Positions 20,795 to 30,826 of a DNA stretch of 64,000 nt are shown piece by piece. The notes under the pieces were generated by a model. The model saw nothing but the letters and a program-made list of their open reading frames with translations. It was not told the origin of the DNA and searched no databases. Source of the stretch: a bacterium (GTDB lineage Bacteria > UBA8248); the NCBI GenBank assembly GCA_965207065.1, contig OZ242260.1:2208001-2272000 (forward strand), written 5' to 3'. The translations under genes were made by a program, and so were the position numbers. Position 1 is the stretch's first letter. Each line of letters opens with the position of its first letter.

Positions 20795-21901
20795 TCAATT
20801 ATCGCCGAGTTTGCGGAGTTCATAATCGGGAATTTTCGGTTCTTTCGCGGAAACCACCTCGCCCGAGAGGCTCTTCATGAATTCCACCAGCGCCTTTTGC
20901 TCACCCGCATCGAGTCCCAGCGGCTTGAGCCGCGGACTCTTGTTCGGGCCGCTCCCGCCGCCCTTGTTATAGAAGGCGACGACGTCCTCAAGCGCGGCGA
21001 GCGCGCCGTTGTGCATGTAGGGAGCCGTCCGGGCGACTTCGCGCAGGGTCGGCGTGCGGAACTTGCCCCGGTCGCGCTCCTCTTTCGTCACGACGTAGAG
21101 GCCCGGGTCGGCCCTCAGATTCATGAAGTTCGGGACGCCGATCACCTTGTTGAAGCGGCGGAACGTGATGTGGCGCAGCGGGTCCTTGAATATCTGTTCG
21201 TTTTCGGGAACGCCGAGCGCATGAAATCCGCCGTCGCTCAAAAGAGCGCCATTATGGCACCCGGCGCATCCGGCCTTCCCCCGGAAGAGGGCGAGACCCT
21301 TCTGCGCCTCGGCGGAAAGGGCCTTTTTGTCGCCCTTCAAGTAGTTGTCGAAAGGCACGTTCCTGGACGTGATGGTATGAAGGAACGCCGCGATGGCCTT
21401 GAGCGAGCCGCCGAAGGAAGGCTCCCCGCCATAGGCCTCCTTGAACATCTTGACGTAGGCGGGAACCTGCTTGAGCCGCTCGGGGAACAGACGGCCGTCC
21501 ACCAGCATGAAGTGGGCTTCCGTCAGGTGGTCCCGCACGAGGGTGGGCAGGTCGGCCCCGCTCAGGCGACCGTCCCAGAAAACGCGCTTGTTGTAGGCGG
21601 CGTTCAGGAGCGTCTGGGCGTTCCGGAAATACTTGCTGCCGGGATAGCCCGTAGAGAGGCTCTGCCCGTCGCCCCATCCCCTGGCGGGTTGATGGCAGGT
21701 GGCGCAGCTGATGCCTCCGTCCCCCGACATGCGGGGGTCGAAGAACAGATGCCGGCCCAGTTCGGTCTGCGCGGGCTTCTGGGCCCTGGGCGCCGGCAGG
21801 GGTTCGAGAGATGCCCCCCACCCCGCTGCAGGGAGCAAGACCCAGGCGCTCAGCAGGATTCCGCAGAGTATCCGGCGCCGGATGGCGCGAACTAAATCCA
21901 T
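20795..21901 (-). CDS. Di-haem cytochrome c peroxidase/MauG family (IdrP-like), paralogue
   Basis: LGRHLFFDPRMS, CATCH, CAGCH, FRTPTLRE..TAPYMHNG; signal peptide. Confidence 0.9.
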   Translation of the reverse strand: MDLVRAIRRRILCGILLSAWVLLPAAGWGASLEPLPAPRAQKPAQTELGRHLFFDPRMSGDGGISCATCHQPARGWGDGQSLSTGYPGSKYFRNAQTLLNAAYNKRVFWDGRLSGADLPTLVRDHLTEAHFMLVDGRLFPERLKQVPAYVKMFKEAYGGEPSFGGSLKAIAAFLHTITSRNVPFDNYLKGDKKALSAEAQKGLALFRGKAGCAGCHNGALLSDGGFHALGVPENEQIFKDPLRHITFRRFNKVIGVPNFMNLRADPGLYVVTKEERDRGKFRTPTLREVARTAPYMHNGALAALEDVVAFYNKGGGSGPNKSPRLKPLGLDAGEQKALVEFMKSLSGEVVSAKEPKIPDYELRKLGDN

Positions 21902-21973
21902 TCTTCCCTCCTCCCAAGCTGGCTGTTCTATCTCCTGTAAGACATCCGTCCCGTATATGCTGGAAATACGGCC

Positions 21974-22717
21974 TTATTTCGAAGAGAACGTGAAGGCGGC
22001 GGTCTTCTTCCCCCCGGCGGTTATGGTGATCTTCTTCTTCTTGACCCCCAGGGCCGGGTGCCACGCCCGCAGGGAATATTTCCCCGGAGGAACGTCGTTG
22101 ATCTCGAAGCTCCCGTCATCGTTCACGAGCGCGTAATAGGGATTCCTGGCCACGAAGAGAAAGCCCTTCATCCAGTTGTGCACGTCGCACTCGATACGGA
22201 CGATGGGGCTGCGCCGGACCTTCGCCCTGCGGACGACTTTCTTCCGCTGCTTGGGCTGGGAGATGTTCCACATGGAGCGTTTCGCCCGGCCGATGATCTC
22301 GTAGGTGTGGATGTTGTGGTGGGCGTCGTCGCTGTTCAGGATGGTGACCTTGCCCCCCTCGGCGACGACCTGGAGGTAGGGGACGTAGGCGCACTTCTTC
22401 TGGTCCACCACGGCGCTCTGGATTTTCTCGGGGTAAGCCTTGCCCTTCTTCACCTTGTCGAGATAGACGACAACGCCCCTGAGGGCGCCGTCCTTCGCGT
22501 CCACCTCCTGGCGGGTGACCTGGCCCTCCCCGCAGGCGTGCTGGTCCTTGGTGATGATGTATTTGACGGGCTTGGGAGGCTCGCCCTCGAAGCTCACCTT
22601 GCCGGTGACGGCGCCGCCGCCTGTGATAGATACGACTTTGTACTTCGCCAGGGAAGCGTCTGGAAAAAAGAGAAAAGGCAGGGACAAAACGAAAGGCAAG
22701 AAAAATTTACGAATCAT
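21974..22717 (-). CDS. Exported cupredoxin-like / carboxypeptidase-regulatory-like domain protein
   Basis: Signal peptide; DQKKCAYVP, NSDDAHHNIH, CDVHNWM, DGSFEINDVPPGKYSLRAWHP. Confidence 0.75.
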   Translation of the reverse strand: MIRKFFLPFVLSLPFLFFPDASLAKYKVVSITGGGAVTGKVSFEGEPPKPVKYIITKDQHACGEGQVTRQEVDAKDGALRGVVVYLDKVKKGKAYPEKIQSAVVDQKKCAYVPYLQVVAEGGKVTILNSDDAHHNIHTYEIIGRAKRSMWNISQPKQRKKVVRRAKVRRSPIVRIECDVHNWMKGFLFVARNPYYALVNDDGSFEINDVPPGKYSLRAWHPALGVKKKKITITAGGKKTAAFTFSSK

Positions 22718-23076
22718 TGCGAAAGCTCCCCCACGAAGTCCTGCATTGGCTCACGGCAACCCTGTCATCTATGAATCCGAGTCGTAATCCATCCTCCTCA
22801 TCAGCGGAGTGTCGGCGCGGAACGCGAACTTCCTTGCGTTTCCGGTCCCGTCCGAACGTGTGAGAAGCGGTATCGACACCCCTGAAACGCTACGGATATC
22901 CGGTCCTGAATCCATGAGTGCCGCGCGCTCTTTATAAGCTTGTTCCTGTTTTCAATATAAGGACAACGCTCGAATGTTGCAACAAAATGGAAGTCCGGTT
23001 TTTCCCCGATGGGCGGGGCGTTGCAAGGGCCGTTGCCAGGGTGGCGAACGCTCCCTCCTTCCCCGGGAGCGCCCCA

Positions 23077-23265
23077 CACCTATATGTCTGACCTACACCA
23101 GCCTCGCGACCAAATCGATTTGCGGGATGAGGGTGTGAAAGAGACGAAAAGGCAAAATCAAAATGGATTCCGGCTTTCGCCGGTATGACGAGCAAAACCG
23201 CACCGCCTCTTGTAGTGACAGCCCCTCCACGGGGCTGTCCCACAGGTCGCGACCTGTGTCCCTAC
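23077..23265. repeat. REP-like repeat cluster
   Basis: TATATGTCTGACCTAC, GGATTCCGGCTTTCGCCGGTATGACG and GTAGTGACAGCCCC...GTCCCTAC; resembles 9262-9352 and 26680-26850. Confidence 0.7.
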
Positions 23266-23337
23266 GGCATTTTCAACCACCCCGAGGAGGGGGGTTGCCG
23301 CATATTCCCTCCCGGACAAGGTATGTTATTTCGCGGG

Positions 23338-24180
23338 CTACCCCTTCACCGCGCCGGCCGTCATGCCGGCGATGATCTGACGCGCCGAGAAGAAGGTGAA
23401 GATCAGCGGCGGGATGACGATGAGCGTGCCCATCGCCATGATGCGCCCCCATTCGGGGCCGGAGTCCGTGAGGAACAGGCTGGTGGCGACCGGCAGCGTG
23501 CGCGTGGTCCTGTCCGTCAGCAGCAGGGCCAGGATGAACTCGTTCCATGCGATCCGGAACACGAAGATGCCGGTGACGGCGTATCCCGCCTTCATCACCG
23601 GGAAGAGGACGCGGGTGAACACCTGCCAGGGCGTGGCCCCGTCCACGATGGCGGCTTCCTCGAGCTCGACCGGAACCTGCTTCACGAAGCCGTAGAGCAG
23701 CCAGATGGAGAAGGGCAGGTTGAGCGCCGTGTAGAAGAAGACGAGGCCCGAAAGCTGGTTCGCAATCCCCAGCACGATGGAGACTGCGAAGGCCGGGATC
23801 GCCAGCACCGCCGGCGGTATCATGCGGACGAGGAGCGCCCCGTTGGCGATGGACTGGCGGCCCGGGAACTGCATGCGGGCCAGCGCGTAGGCCGCCATGC
23901 CGCCGGTCGTCAGCGTGATCAGGGTTGTCGAAACGCCCACGATGACGGAATTCACCAGATACCGGTCGAAGTGCGCATCGCCGATGATGTCGGCGTAGTT
24001 CTGCAGGGTGGGGAAGAAGAAAAACCACACGGGATTCCCGTCGAAGATCAGCACCTCGTTCTTGAAGGAAGTGCTGATCATGATGTAGATGGGCGTCAGG
24101 CATATGATCGACAACAGGATGAGCCCCGCGTAGTGGAAGATCATTCTCGGTTTGGCCGGTTCGAAACGCATCGCCTTCAC
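23338..24180 (-). CDS. Carbohydrate ABC transporter permease
   Basis: ELEEAAIVDGA (EAA) loop, AWNEF, GMTAGAVKG. Confidence 0.93.
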   Translation of the reverse strand: MKAMRFEPAKPRMIFHYAGLILLSIICLTPIYIMISTSFKNEVLIFDGNPVWFFFFPTLQNYADIIGDAHFDRYLVNSVIVGVSTTLITLTTGGMAAYALARMQFPGRQSIANGALLVRMIPPAVLAIPAFAVSIVLGIANQLSGLVFFYTALNLPFSIWLLYGFVKQVPVELEEAAIVDGATPWQVFTRVLFPVMKAGYAVTGIFVFRIAWNEFILALLLTDRTTRTLPVATSLFLTDSGPEWGRIMAMGTLIVIPPLIFTFFSARQIIAGMTAGAVKG

Positions 24181-24181
24181 C

Positions 24182-25093
24182 TCACACGTCGGCGCGGGTT
24201 TTCATGGGGTTGCTGACCAGCAGGATCGCCAGGCTGAGGGCGAAGACGATCAGCAGCAGGAGGACGGAGATGGCCGCCGCATAGCCGAGTTGCTGGGCGT
24301 CGAAAGCGGTCTTGTAGACGTGCAGCGAGAGCAGTTCCGTCGCCAGCCCCGGACCGCCTTCCGTCAGGATCAGCATGACCTCCAGCCCCTTGAAGACGTC
24401 GATGAGCCGGAGCAGGAGAGCGATGATCAGGATCGACTTGATCATCGGCAGCTTCACCAGGAAGATCTGCTGCCACGTATTCGCGCCGTCGATGCGCGAC
24501 GCTTCGAGCACCTCCGAAGGCAGCGCCTGAAGGCCTGCGATCACGATGATGAAGACGAACGGCGTCCACTGCCAGATGTCCGTGAACACGATGGCGAAAA
24601 ACGCGAGATGCGGCTCCCCCAGCCAGATCAGCGGCTCGAAGCCGGCGAGTTCCATGTAATGGTTGATCCAGCCCGCCCGGGCGTCGAACAGGTAGCGCCA
24701 TACCAACCCGACCACCACGGGCGAAATCATGAGCGGCATGATGAAGATCGTCCGGAAGATGGACGCACCTCGAATCGGTTTCTCCAGCAGCAGGGCCAGC
24801 GCGACCCCCAGCGTCATCTCGATGGTGATCGTGAAGAAGCCGAACTTGAACGTCACCCACATGGATTCCTGGACGTTCTCGTCGCGTAGCATGCGCAGAT
24901 AGTTGTCTGCGCCGATGAACTCCGCCGTCGACATCGGCGTGCCGACCCCCCAGTCCATCATACTGAGTATCAGCCCCTGGACGACCGGGTAGATGAGACC
25001 CGCGCCCATGAGCAGGACGGCGGGCGCGACGAACAGGTAACCGACGATCGACCGCCGCATGCCTGTCGCCACCGGAGGGGACGGGTCGCTCAT
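24182..25093 (-). CDS. Carbohydrate ABC transporter permease
   Basis: DIWQWTPF, EASRIDGA, LTEGGPG. Confidence 0.93.
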   Translation of the reverse strand: MSDPSPPVATGMRRSIVGYLFVAPAVLLMGAGLIYPVVQGLILSMMDWGVGTPMSTAEFIGADNYLRMLRDENVQESMWVTFKFGFFTITIEMTLGVALALLLEKPIRGASIFRTIFIMPLMISPVVVGLVWRYLFDARAGWINHYMELAGFEPLIWLGEPHLAFFAIVFTDIWQWTPFVFIIVIAGLQALPSEVLEASRIDGANTWQQIFLVKLPMIKSILIIALLLRLIDVFKGLEVMLILTEGGPGLATELLSLHVYKTAFDAQQLGYAAAISVLLLLIVFALSLAILLVSNPMKTRADV

Positions 25094-25175
25094 GGTGAGC
25101 GTTCCGGGAACCGGCTGCCTGCGGGCGAAGCGCCTCCCCCGGCGGGGCCGGGGGAGGCGGGTTCAGGGGTTTCGG

Positions 25176-26531
25176 CTACTTGGAAGATTTCGACTGCCAC
25201 CGATAGTAGCCCTCGCGTTTCATGACGGCGCGCGCCTTTACCGCCGCCTTGTCCAGAATCGGCTTGATGGGCTTGTCGGAGGTCAGGACCTGATGCAGCG
25301 CGATGCCGAGCACCTTGATGTTCAACTCGTTCCACTCGGGGATCAACGGCCGCCAGTCCGGGTCGGCGCATTTGAGCTGTTCCGCGATCACCGGATATTC
25401 CGGGAATTTTTTGGAGAACACCGGATCGGTGAGCGTGGAGATGCGGATCGGGTCGCCGCCGAGCTCGACGATCCGCCGGTCGGCCTTCTTCGAGGTCAAC
25501 CACTGGATGAACAGGAACGCCGCCTCCTTGTTCTTCGAGTTGGCCGGTATGCCCATGGCGAAACCGCCCGTCTCGGAGCCGCACTGGACGTCGGTCGGAT
25601 GGAGCGCGTAGCCAACCTTGCCGACGACCTTCGATTGCTTCGGGTCGCGGGCCCTGGCGGCGATCTTCAGCGAGTCGATGTACATGGCCGCGTCGCCATG
25701 CAGGAACGCCTTGGACGCCTCGCCGTAGCTGTAGGACGGAATGCCCCGGGGGCCGTACTTCACCGTTTCGCGCAGGAACTCCGCGGTCTTCACGCCGGCG
25801 GGGCTGTTGAAGACGGGCTGCCACTTGTCGTCGAAGACGCGGGCGCCCATGGGCGCGGCATGGAACAGCCAGGCGGCCGTGACCTGGTGCCCGGTCTTGC
25901 CGCGCATGGTGAGGCCGCCCATCCCCGTCTTCTCCTTGATGGTCTTCGCCGCCTTTCGGACGTCGGCGTAGGTCTTCGGCACGGCGAGGCCCAGCTTCTT
26001 GAACACGTCCTTGCGGTAGGCCAGGATCGAGGTCTCGGCGCCGAACGGCAGACCGTAGAGCGCGCCCGACTTGCCGGGCAGATAGCCCTTCTTGCCGCCG
26101 ACGATGCCGCCGTTCTGGATGTAGGCGTCGGCGATGTCCTCGATGTCGTAGTTCGGGTCGACGAACGCGGGGCTGGTGAAGAACTGCGAGAGGGGCGTCA
26201 GCAGGCCCTTCGCCACGTACTCGCCCTTCCACATCACCACCCAGGCGACCACGTCGAAGTCGCCGTCTTTCTTGCTCATCTCTAGAAGCTGGCGATTCCG
26301 CATCTTGAGGTACTGGGAGTAGTCGATCTCGACCTTGATGCCCGTCTCCTTGGTGAACTCGGCGACCAGTTGCTTGGCCTTCTTGAAGTGCGAATTCGAG
26401 GGCCAGCTGACCACCAGCGTCTTGCCCTTGTACTTCTCGTAGGGATTGGCCATCAGCGTCGTGGCGCTGAACGTCAGGGCCAGGGCCGCCGCAAGCGCGA
26501 CCAGCCCTGTGATCCGAAATTTCGATTTCAT
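25176..26531 (-). CDS. Carbohydrate ABC transporter solute-binding protein
   Basis: Signal peptide; FTKETGIKV, YGLPF, AYRKDV, SKNKEAAFLFIQWLTS. Confidence 0.9.
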   Translation of the reverse strand: MKSKFRITGLVALAAALALTFSATTLMANPYEKYKGKTLVVSWPSNSHFKKAKQLVAEFTKETGIKVEIDYSQYLKMRNRQLLEMSKKDGDFDVVAWVVMWKGEYVAKGLLTPLSQFFTSPAFVDPNYDIEDIADAYIQNGGIVGGKKGYLPGKSGALYGLPFGAETSILAYRKDVFKKLGLAVPKTYADVRKAAKTIKEKTGMGGLTMRGKTGHQVTAAWLFHAAPMGARVFDDKWQPVFNSPAGVKTAEFLRETVKYGPRGIPSYSYGEASKAFLHGDAAMYIDSLKIAARARDPKQSKVVGKVGYALHPTDVQCGSETGGFAMGIPANSKNKEAAFLFIQWLTSKKADRRIVELGGDPIRISTLTDPVFSKKFPEYPVIAEQLKCADPDWRPLIPEWNELNIKVLGIALHQVLTSDKPIKPILDKAAVKARAVMKREGYYRWQSKSSK

Positions 26532-26679
26532 GATTTCCTCCTTATCAGGTTAGTAATGAAATGGAATCATACACTTAAATCGACAACTTCTCCTGAGTGG
26601 TCCATTCATAAAGAATCCAGCAGCCCGATTCATAATTCCCTCTCCCAAACCATTCCCTCGTTCGGAATGAACCACTGCC

Positions 26680-26850
26680 GTCATTCCGGCGTCATCGCCG
26701 TTTCTGTTGTAGGTCGGACATATATGTCCGACAAATATGTCTGACCCTACACATCACCCTCGAATGGCGACCGTAGGGACAGGCCCCCGTGCCTGTCCTG
26801 CCCTCCGTGGTTGTTCTTCGTCTGGACAGGCACGGGGGCCTGTCCCTACA
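26680..26850. repeat. REP-like repeat cluster
   Basis: GTAGGTCGGACATATATGTCCGAC and GTAGGGACAGGCCCCCGTGCCTGTCC...GGACAGGCACGGGGGCCTGTCCCTAC. Confidence 0.75.
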
Positions 26851-26860
26851 AAACCATCCC

Positions 26861-27988
26861 TTATGAAACCGTCCCGGCCCGGGCGGCCGGCTTGAGCGCG
26901 AGACCGGTCTCCCTGTCGAACAGGTAGAGCCGCTCCGTTTCGAAATAGTAGGTGCCCGACTCCATCCGCCCGTGCTCCGGGCCGGCTTCCACGGAGACGG
27001 AAATCCTTTGCTCGCCGATGCGCGCGGCGAGAAACTGGTTGGAGCCGACATACTCGGCGACGTCGACCGCGAGCTGCACCGGGGCCGTGGCGCCGCCCGA
27101 ATACCTCGCTCCCGTCGAGGAGAAATGCTCGGGACGCAGGCCCGCGACGACTTTCCGGGAACCGGCGCCGGCGAGGCTCTCGTGGAAGGCCCTGGGAACC
27201 GGAAGCTCGAAGCCGTCTCCTGAAATCACGTATTCCGAACCTTCCCCCTTGATTTCTCCGTCGAGCATGTTCATGGCCGGCGAGCCGATGAAGCCGGCGA
27301 CAAACCGGTTGACGGGGTGATTGTAGACCTCGGGCGGCGTGCCGATCTGCTGAATGACCCCCTCGTCCATGATCACGATGCGGTCGGCCATCGTCATGGC
27401 CTCGATCTGGTCGTGGGTCACGTAGATCATGGTGCGGTCGAGCTGCTTGTGCAGCAGCGCCAGCTCGGTGCGCATCTGGGCGCGGAGCTTGGCGTCGAGG
27501 TTCGAGAGGGGTTCGTCGAACAGGAAGCAATAGGCGTCGCGCACGATGGCGCGTCCCATGGCGACGCGCTGGCGCTGTCCGCCCGAAAGCTCCCTCGGCT
27601 GGCGGTGCAGCAGTTCGCTCAGGCCGAGCATTTCCGCGGCGCGCGCCACCCGCGCGGCGATCTCCGCCTTGGGGAACTTGGCGAGGCGAAGCGAGAACGA
27701 CATGTTGCCCGCCACGTCCATGTGCGGATAGAGCGCGTAGGACTGGAAGACCATGGTGATGTCGCGGGCCTTGGGAGGCGCATGGGTGACGTCGTTTCCG
27801 GCGATCATGATGCGGCCCGCCGAGACTTCCTCGAGACCGGCGATCATGCGAAGCGTCGTGGACTTGCCGCAGCCCGAGGGGCCGACCAGCACCACGAATT
27901 CGCCTTCTTCGATCTGGAGGTTCAGGTCGGTGATGACGGTGACCCGGCCGAATCTCTTCGTCACGTCGATGAGATCAACGGCAGCCAT
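26861..27988 (-). CDS. Carbohydrate ABC transporter ATP-binding protein (MalK/UgpC family)
   Basis: GPSGCGKST, LSGGQRQRVA, DEPLSNLDA, YVTHDQ. Confidence 0.95.
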   Translation of the reverse strand: MAAVDLIDVTKRFGRVTVITDLNLQIEEGEFVVLVGPSGCGKSTTLRMIAGLEEVSAGRIMIAGNDVTHAPPKARDITMVFQSYALYPHMDVAGNMSFSLRLAKFPKAEIAARVARAAEMLGLSELLHRQPRELSGGQRQRVAMGRAIVRDAYCFLFDEPLSNLDAKLRAQMRTELALLHKQLDRTMIYVTHDQIEAMTMADRIVIMDEGVIQQIGTPPEVYNHPVNRFVAGFIGSPAMNMLDGEIKGEGSEYVISGDGFELPVPRAFHESLAGAGSRKVVAGLRPEHFSSTGARYSGGATAPVQLAVDVAEYVGSNQFLAARIGEQRISVSVEAGPEHGRMESGTYYFETERLYLFDRETGLALKPAARAGTVS

Positions 27989-28382
27989 GACTCTCCTTTT
28001 CCGGCTGCGGCGACCCCGATTTCCCCATGATGGCGAATCCTGCCGCGTCGCTCATCGTCGGCCGTCGCATGCCCCCGCACATGTGCGGACCACGAGTTCG
28101 AGAGCTTCCTTTTGTCATTCTCTATATTGTTCGTGTATACGGGAAACTGGGATGATTTGCAATTGTCTGAAAATCGGTGGAACCGGCCCCGGGCATGCGG
28201 TTGGCAAAACGAATTCGGACAGCCGCAGCTTCTTCCCAAGAGGGGTTGCTCCGTTCCTGATCGATCATCCGACTGATGCACACAAGCCGAGTGCGGCTGG
28301 AGTAGGATTCCTGGTCTTTTGAAAAACGAACTCTATATCCGGGGTCTGTAGAAAATTCTGATCGAGGTGCTGCGCAGACCCG

Positions 28383-28473
28383 CGTGACCTGGACAACATG
28401 AAGATACAGGCCTGCCTGGCGACGGCAGCGGTCAACATCAAGCGGCTAACCGCCGCTCTTGTTGCCGGATAAT
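28383..28473 (+). mobile_element. C-terminal remnant of an IS1182/IS5-like transposase
   Basis: Short frame RDLDNMKIQACLATAAVNIKRLTAA resembles the end of these transposases; below ORF-track cutoff. Confidence 0.45.
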
Positions 28474-29281
28474 ATTTGGTAATATTCAGTATTGAGCTTC
28501 CCTGAGAGTGAAAACTATTATCTCGCGAACACCCATTTGCCGTAATTGATGAACAGAGGGAATTAGTTGTCACCATCATAGACGTATTTCTATCTTTCCT
28601 GAAAAAAGAACATCAGAATCACGGTCGAGCAGTGGAAAGGATTCGGAAAAGAGGCCGGGAAGCGCAAAATATCACCCGACCGACTGGTGGTCGGACACGT
28701 GGTAGAAGCCCAGGTACGTCGGGAATAGCCCCGCCGGGCATCCATCTGCTGTGCCCGGCCATGTTTGCCGCGCAAGCCATTGTGCGGGATATGAAGAGAG
28801 CAGGAAGGGAGGAAGAAATCAGGCAAATCAGACGGAATATTACCGAAATCGCGCCGGCATTACCTAGCAATTTGATGAAAGATACGTGGGACTGGCTGGA
28901 ACCTGAAAACGGCCATGCGTGAGTTGACCTCCTCGATCCGATGGATTTCGGTTCGATAATGGGGCCGCTATTGGAGAGTACGATCAGATCGTTTCGAATT
29001 CGCTAAATTCTTTTATCGAATACACATTTAGAGATGATCCTGATTCCTGAGACTAACTGTTCACCAAATTCACCGGATAAAACCATCATCCTGGATGGTA
29101 TATTATTTGGTGGGAATTTCCATAAAGGAGCCGTATCGGGTTATAATTGTGAATCTATGCAGACGGCAGACACCCTGCTTGGCTCGAAGGTTGTGGCCGA
29201 TTATCGAGGCTAGGCGCGCTTGCCGGAGTTCCTTGGGTACGGAATCTGGTGTTCGGGAAAGATGCTCTATTAAGGAAAACT

Positions 29282-30826
29282 ATGCCGAATATAGTTTCAT
29301 TGCAAGGAAACCTTTTATTGCGTCTTGGAGCAGTATTGTTCGTTTTCTACGTTCTGGTCGGCTGCGGCGGGGGGAACGGTTCTTCCACTCCGCCTCCGGC
29401 GGTCGTCCCGACGGGCGAGACCCCGAGCCTGCCGTCCGGCGTTTCGTTCGCAGACTATGAATGGCTAAACACCTTCCGGCCGGGGGCGCCGGTGATGGAA
29501 TTCGGCGCGTCCTTGCACGTCGGCGCCGATGTCGCCCCGCCGGCGGACGCCCTCACGGCGTCGGGCGAGCGCAGCGGGGTCGCCCTTTCGAGGGGAAGGG
29601 TTCGCGACGGGGAGAGCGCCGGGGACGTCGTCGATTATCTTCGCGTTGCCGCGAGCCACAACATCTCGGAGCGAAGCGTGAGCGGGCTTGCGACCTATAA
29701 CGAGGCGCCGCCGATGGTCTTGTATCTGCTGGACGGGCCGTATACCCGCAACTTCTCCACGCGCTTCGCGCGTCTGACGCAGGACGCCGTCAAAGTCATC
29801 AACACGGCCCTGCCTTTCGAGAAGCAGATCAGGTTCAGCACATCACTGCTCCCCGAGAGCGACGGTGGCGCGACGCTGGGGCGAGGTAAGGGTGAGATTT
29901 GGGTACAGTTCATTCCAAAGACCCATCACATCTATCCGCCGGGCGCCGACCCGGCGGAACTGGGCCGCGCAAGGGTATTCTACAACGTCAAGGACGAGTC
30001 CGCGCCGGCGTGGGAAATCTCTGAGGACGGCGCTGGCTATTCCACGGTCATCATCGACCCCGAGGCTGTGGGGTCCTTTGACGACGTGGAAGTCACCCAC
30101 GTAATTGTCCATGAACTGCTCCACGCGGTGGGTTTCGTGAGCCACACGGATCCGGAGCGTTACGCTTCGACACTCAGCAGCGTGGGATTTTATCCCGGCA
30201 CACAGCGGCGCGTTCCGATCCATCCGATCGACCGCGAGGGTCTGCTCGCTGCCTACAGTCGCTTCAGTCCCGGCGCCAGTCCTGACGCCATTACCGTGGA
30301 AACGCTCGGACCATGGAGCGAGATATCGTATCATCTGCGCGGGGATATTGACTTCGAGCCCGGGGAGATGTCCTTCGGCGTCGCCTTCAGAAACGGTCTT
30401 CCGCAACCCTGGGTCTTCGGCCCGAAACCCCCGACGGCGCTGAGGGACAACCAGGCGCTCACTGAGAACGTGACCTGGAGGGGCGCGCTGGTAGGGGCAA
30501 CGGCCACTGGAGATGGAGTCATCGGGGACTCTGTGCTCACCCTTGAAATGAGTGACTTCACCGGTGAACTCGACTTCACCGGCATACGCTTCGAAAGCGG
30601 CGCGACATGGGGAGACGGCGACCTGCGCTACAGGATCCGTGTGGATGGGTCGGACAACACCTTCGGGCGCGCAGATGCGGAATTCCGGAAAGTGGGACCC
30701 GGTTATGAGTGGACGGGCGCAGACCTGGGTACCATAACCGGCGTCTTCTTCGGCCCCCTTCACGAGGGAATGGGCGGCGTTCTCGAAAGACACGATCTTT
30801 CGGCTGCCTTCGGGGGGAAAAGATAA
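29282..30826 (+). CDS. Lipoprotein with zinc-metallopeptidase motif and C-terminal TbpB-like beta-barrel (intact copy)
   Basis: Lipobox LVGC-GGG, P/T-rich linker, HELLHAVGFVSH, C-terminus ITGVFFGPLHEGMGGVLE...AAFGGKR. Confidence 0.75.
   Translation: MPNIVSLQGNLLLRLGAVLFVFYVLVGCGGGNGSSTPPPAVVPTGETPSLPSGVSFADYEWLNTFRPGAPVMEFGASLHVGADVAPPADALTASGERSGVALSRGRVRDGESAGDVVDYLRVAASHNISERSVSGLATYNEAPPMVLYLLDGPYTRNFSTRFARLTQDAVKVINTALPFEKQIRFSTSLLPESDGGATLGRGKGEIWVQFIPKTHHIYPPGADPAELGRARVFYNVKDESAPAWEISEDGAGYSTVIIDPEAVGSFDDVEVTHVIVHELLHAVGFVSHTDPERYASTLSSVGFYPGTQRRVPIHPIDREGLLAAYSRFSPGASPDAITVETLGPWSEISYHLRGDIDFEPGEMSFGVAFRNGLPQPWVFGPKPPTALRDNQALTENVTWRGALVGATATGDGVIGDSVLTLEMSDFTGELDFTGIRFESGATWGDGDLRYRIRVDGSDNTFGRADAEFRKVGPGYEWTGADLGTITGVFFGPLHEGMGGVLERHDLSAAFGGKR

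Noticed and set aside
23022-23038. Sigma-54 promoter for the idr-like operon (minus strand TGGCAACGGCCCTTGCA)
   Set aside because: GG-GC spacing is one base longer than the strict -24/-12 consensus
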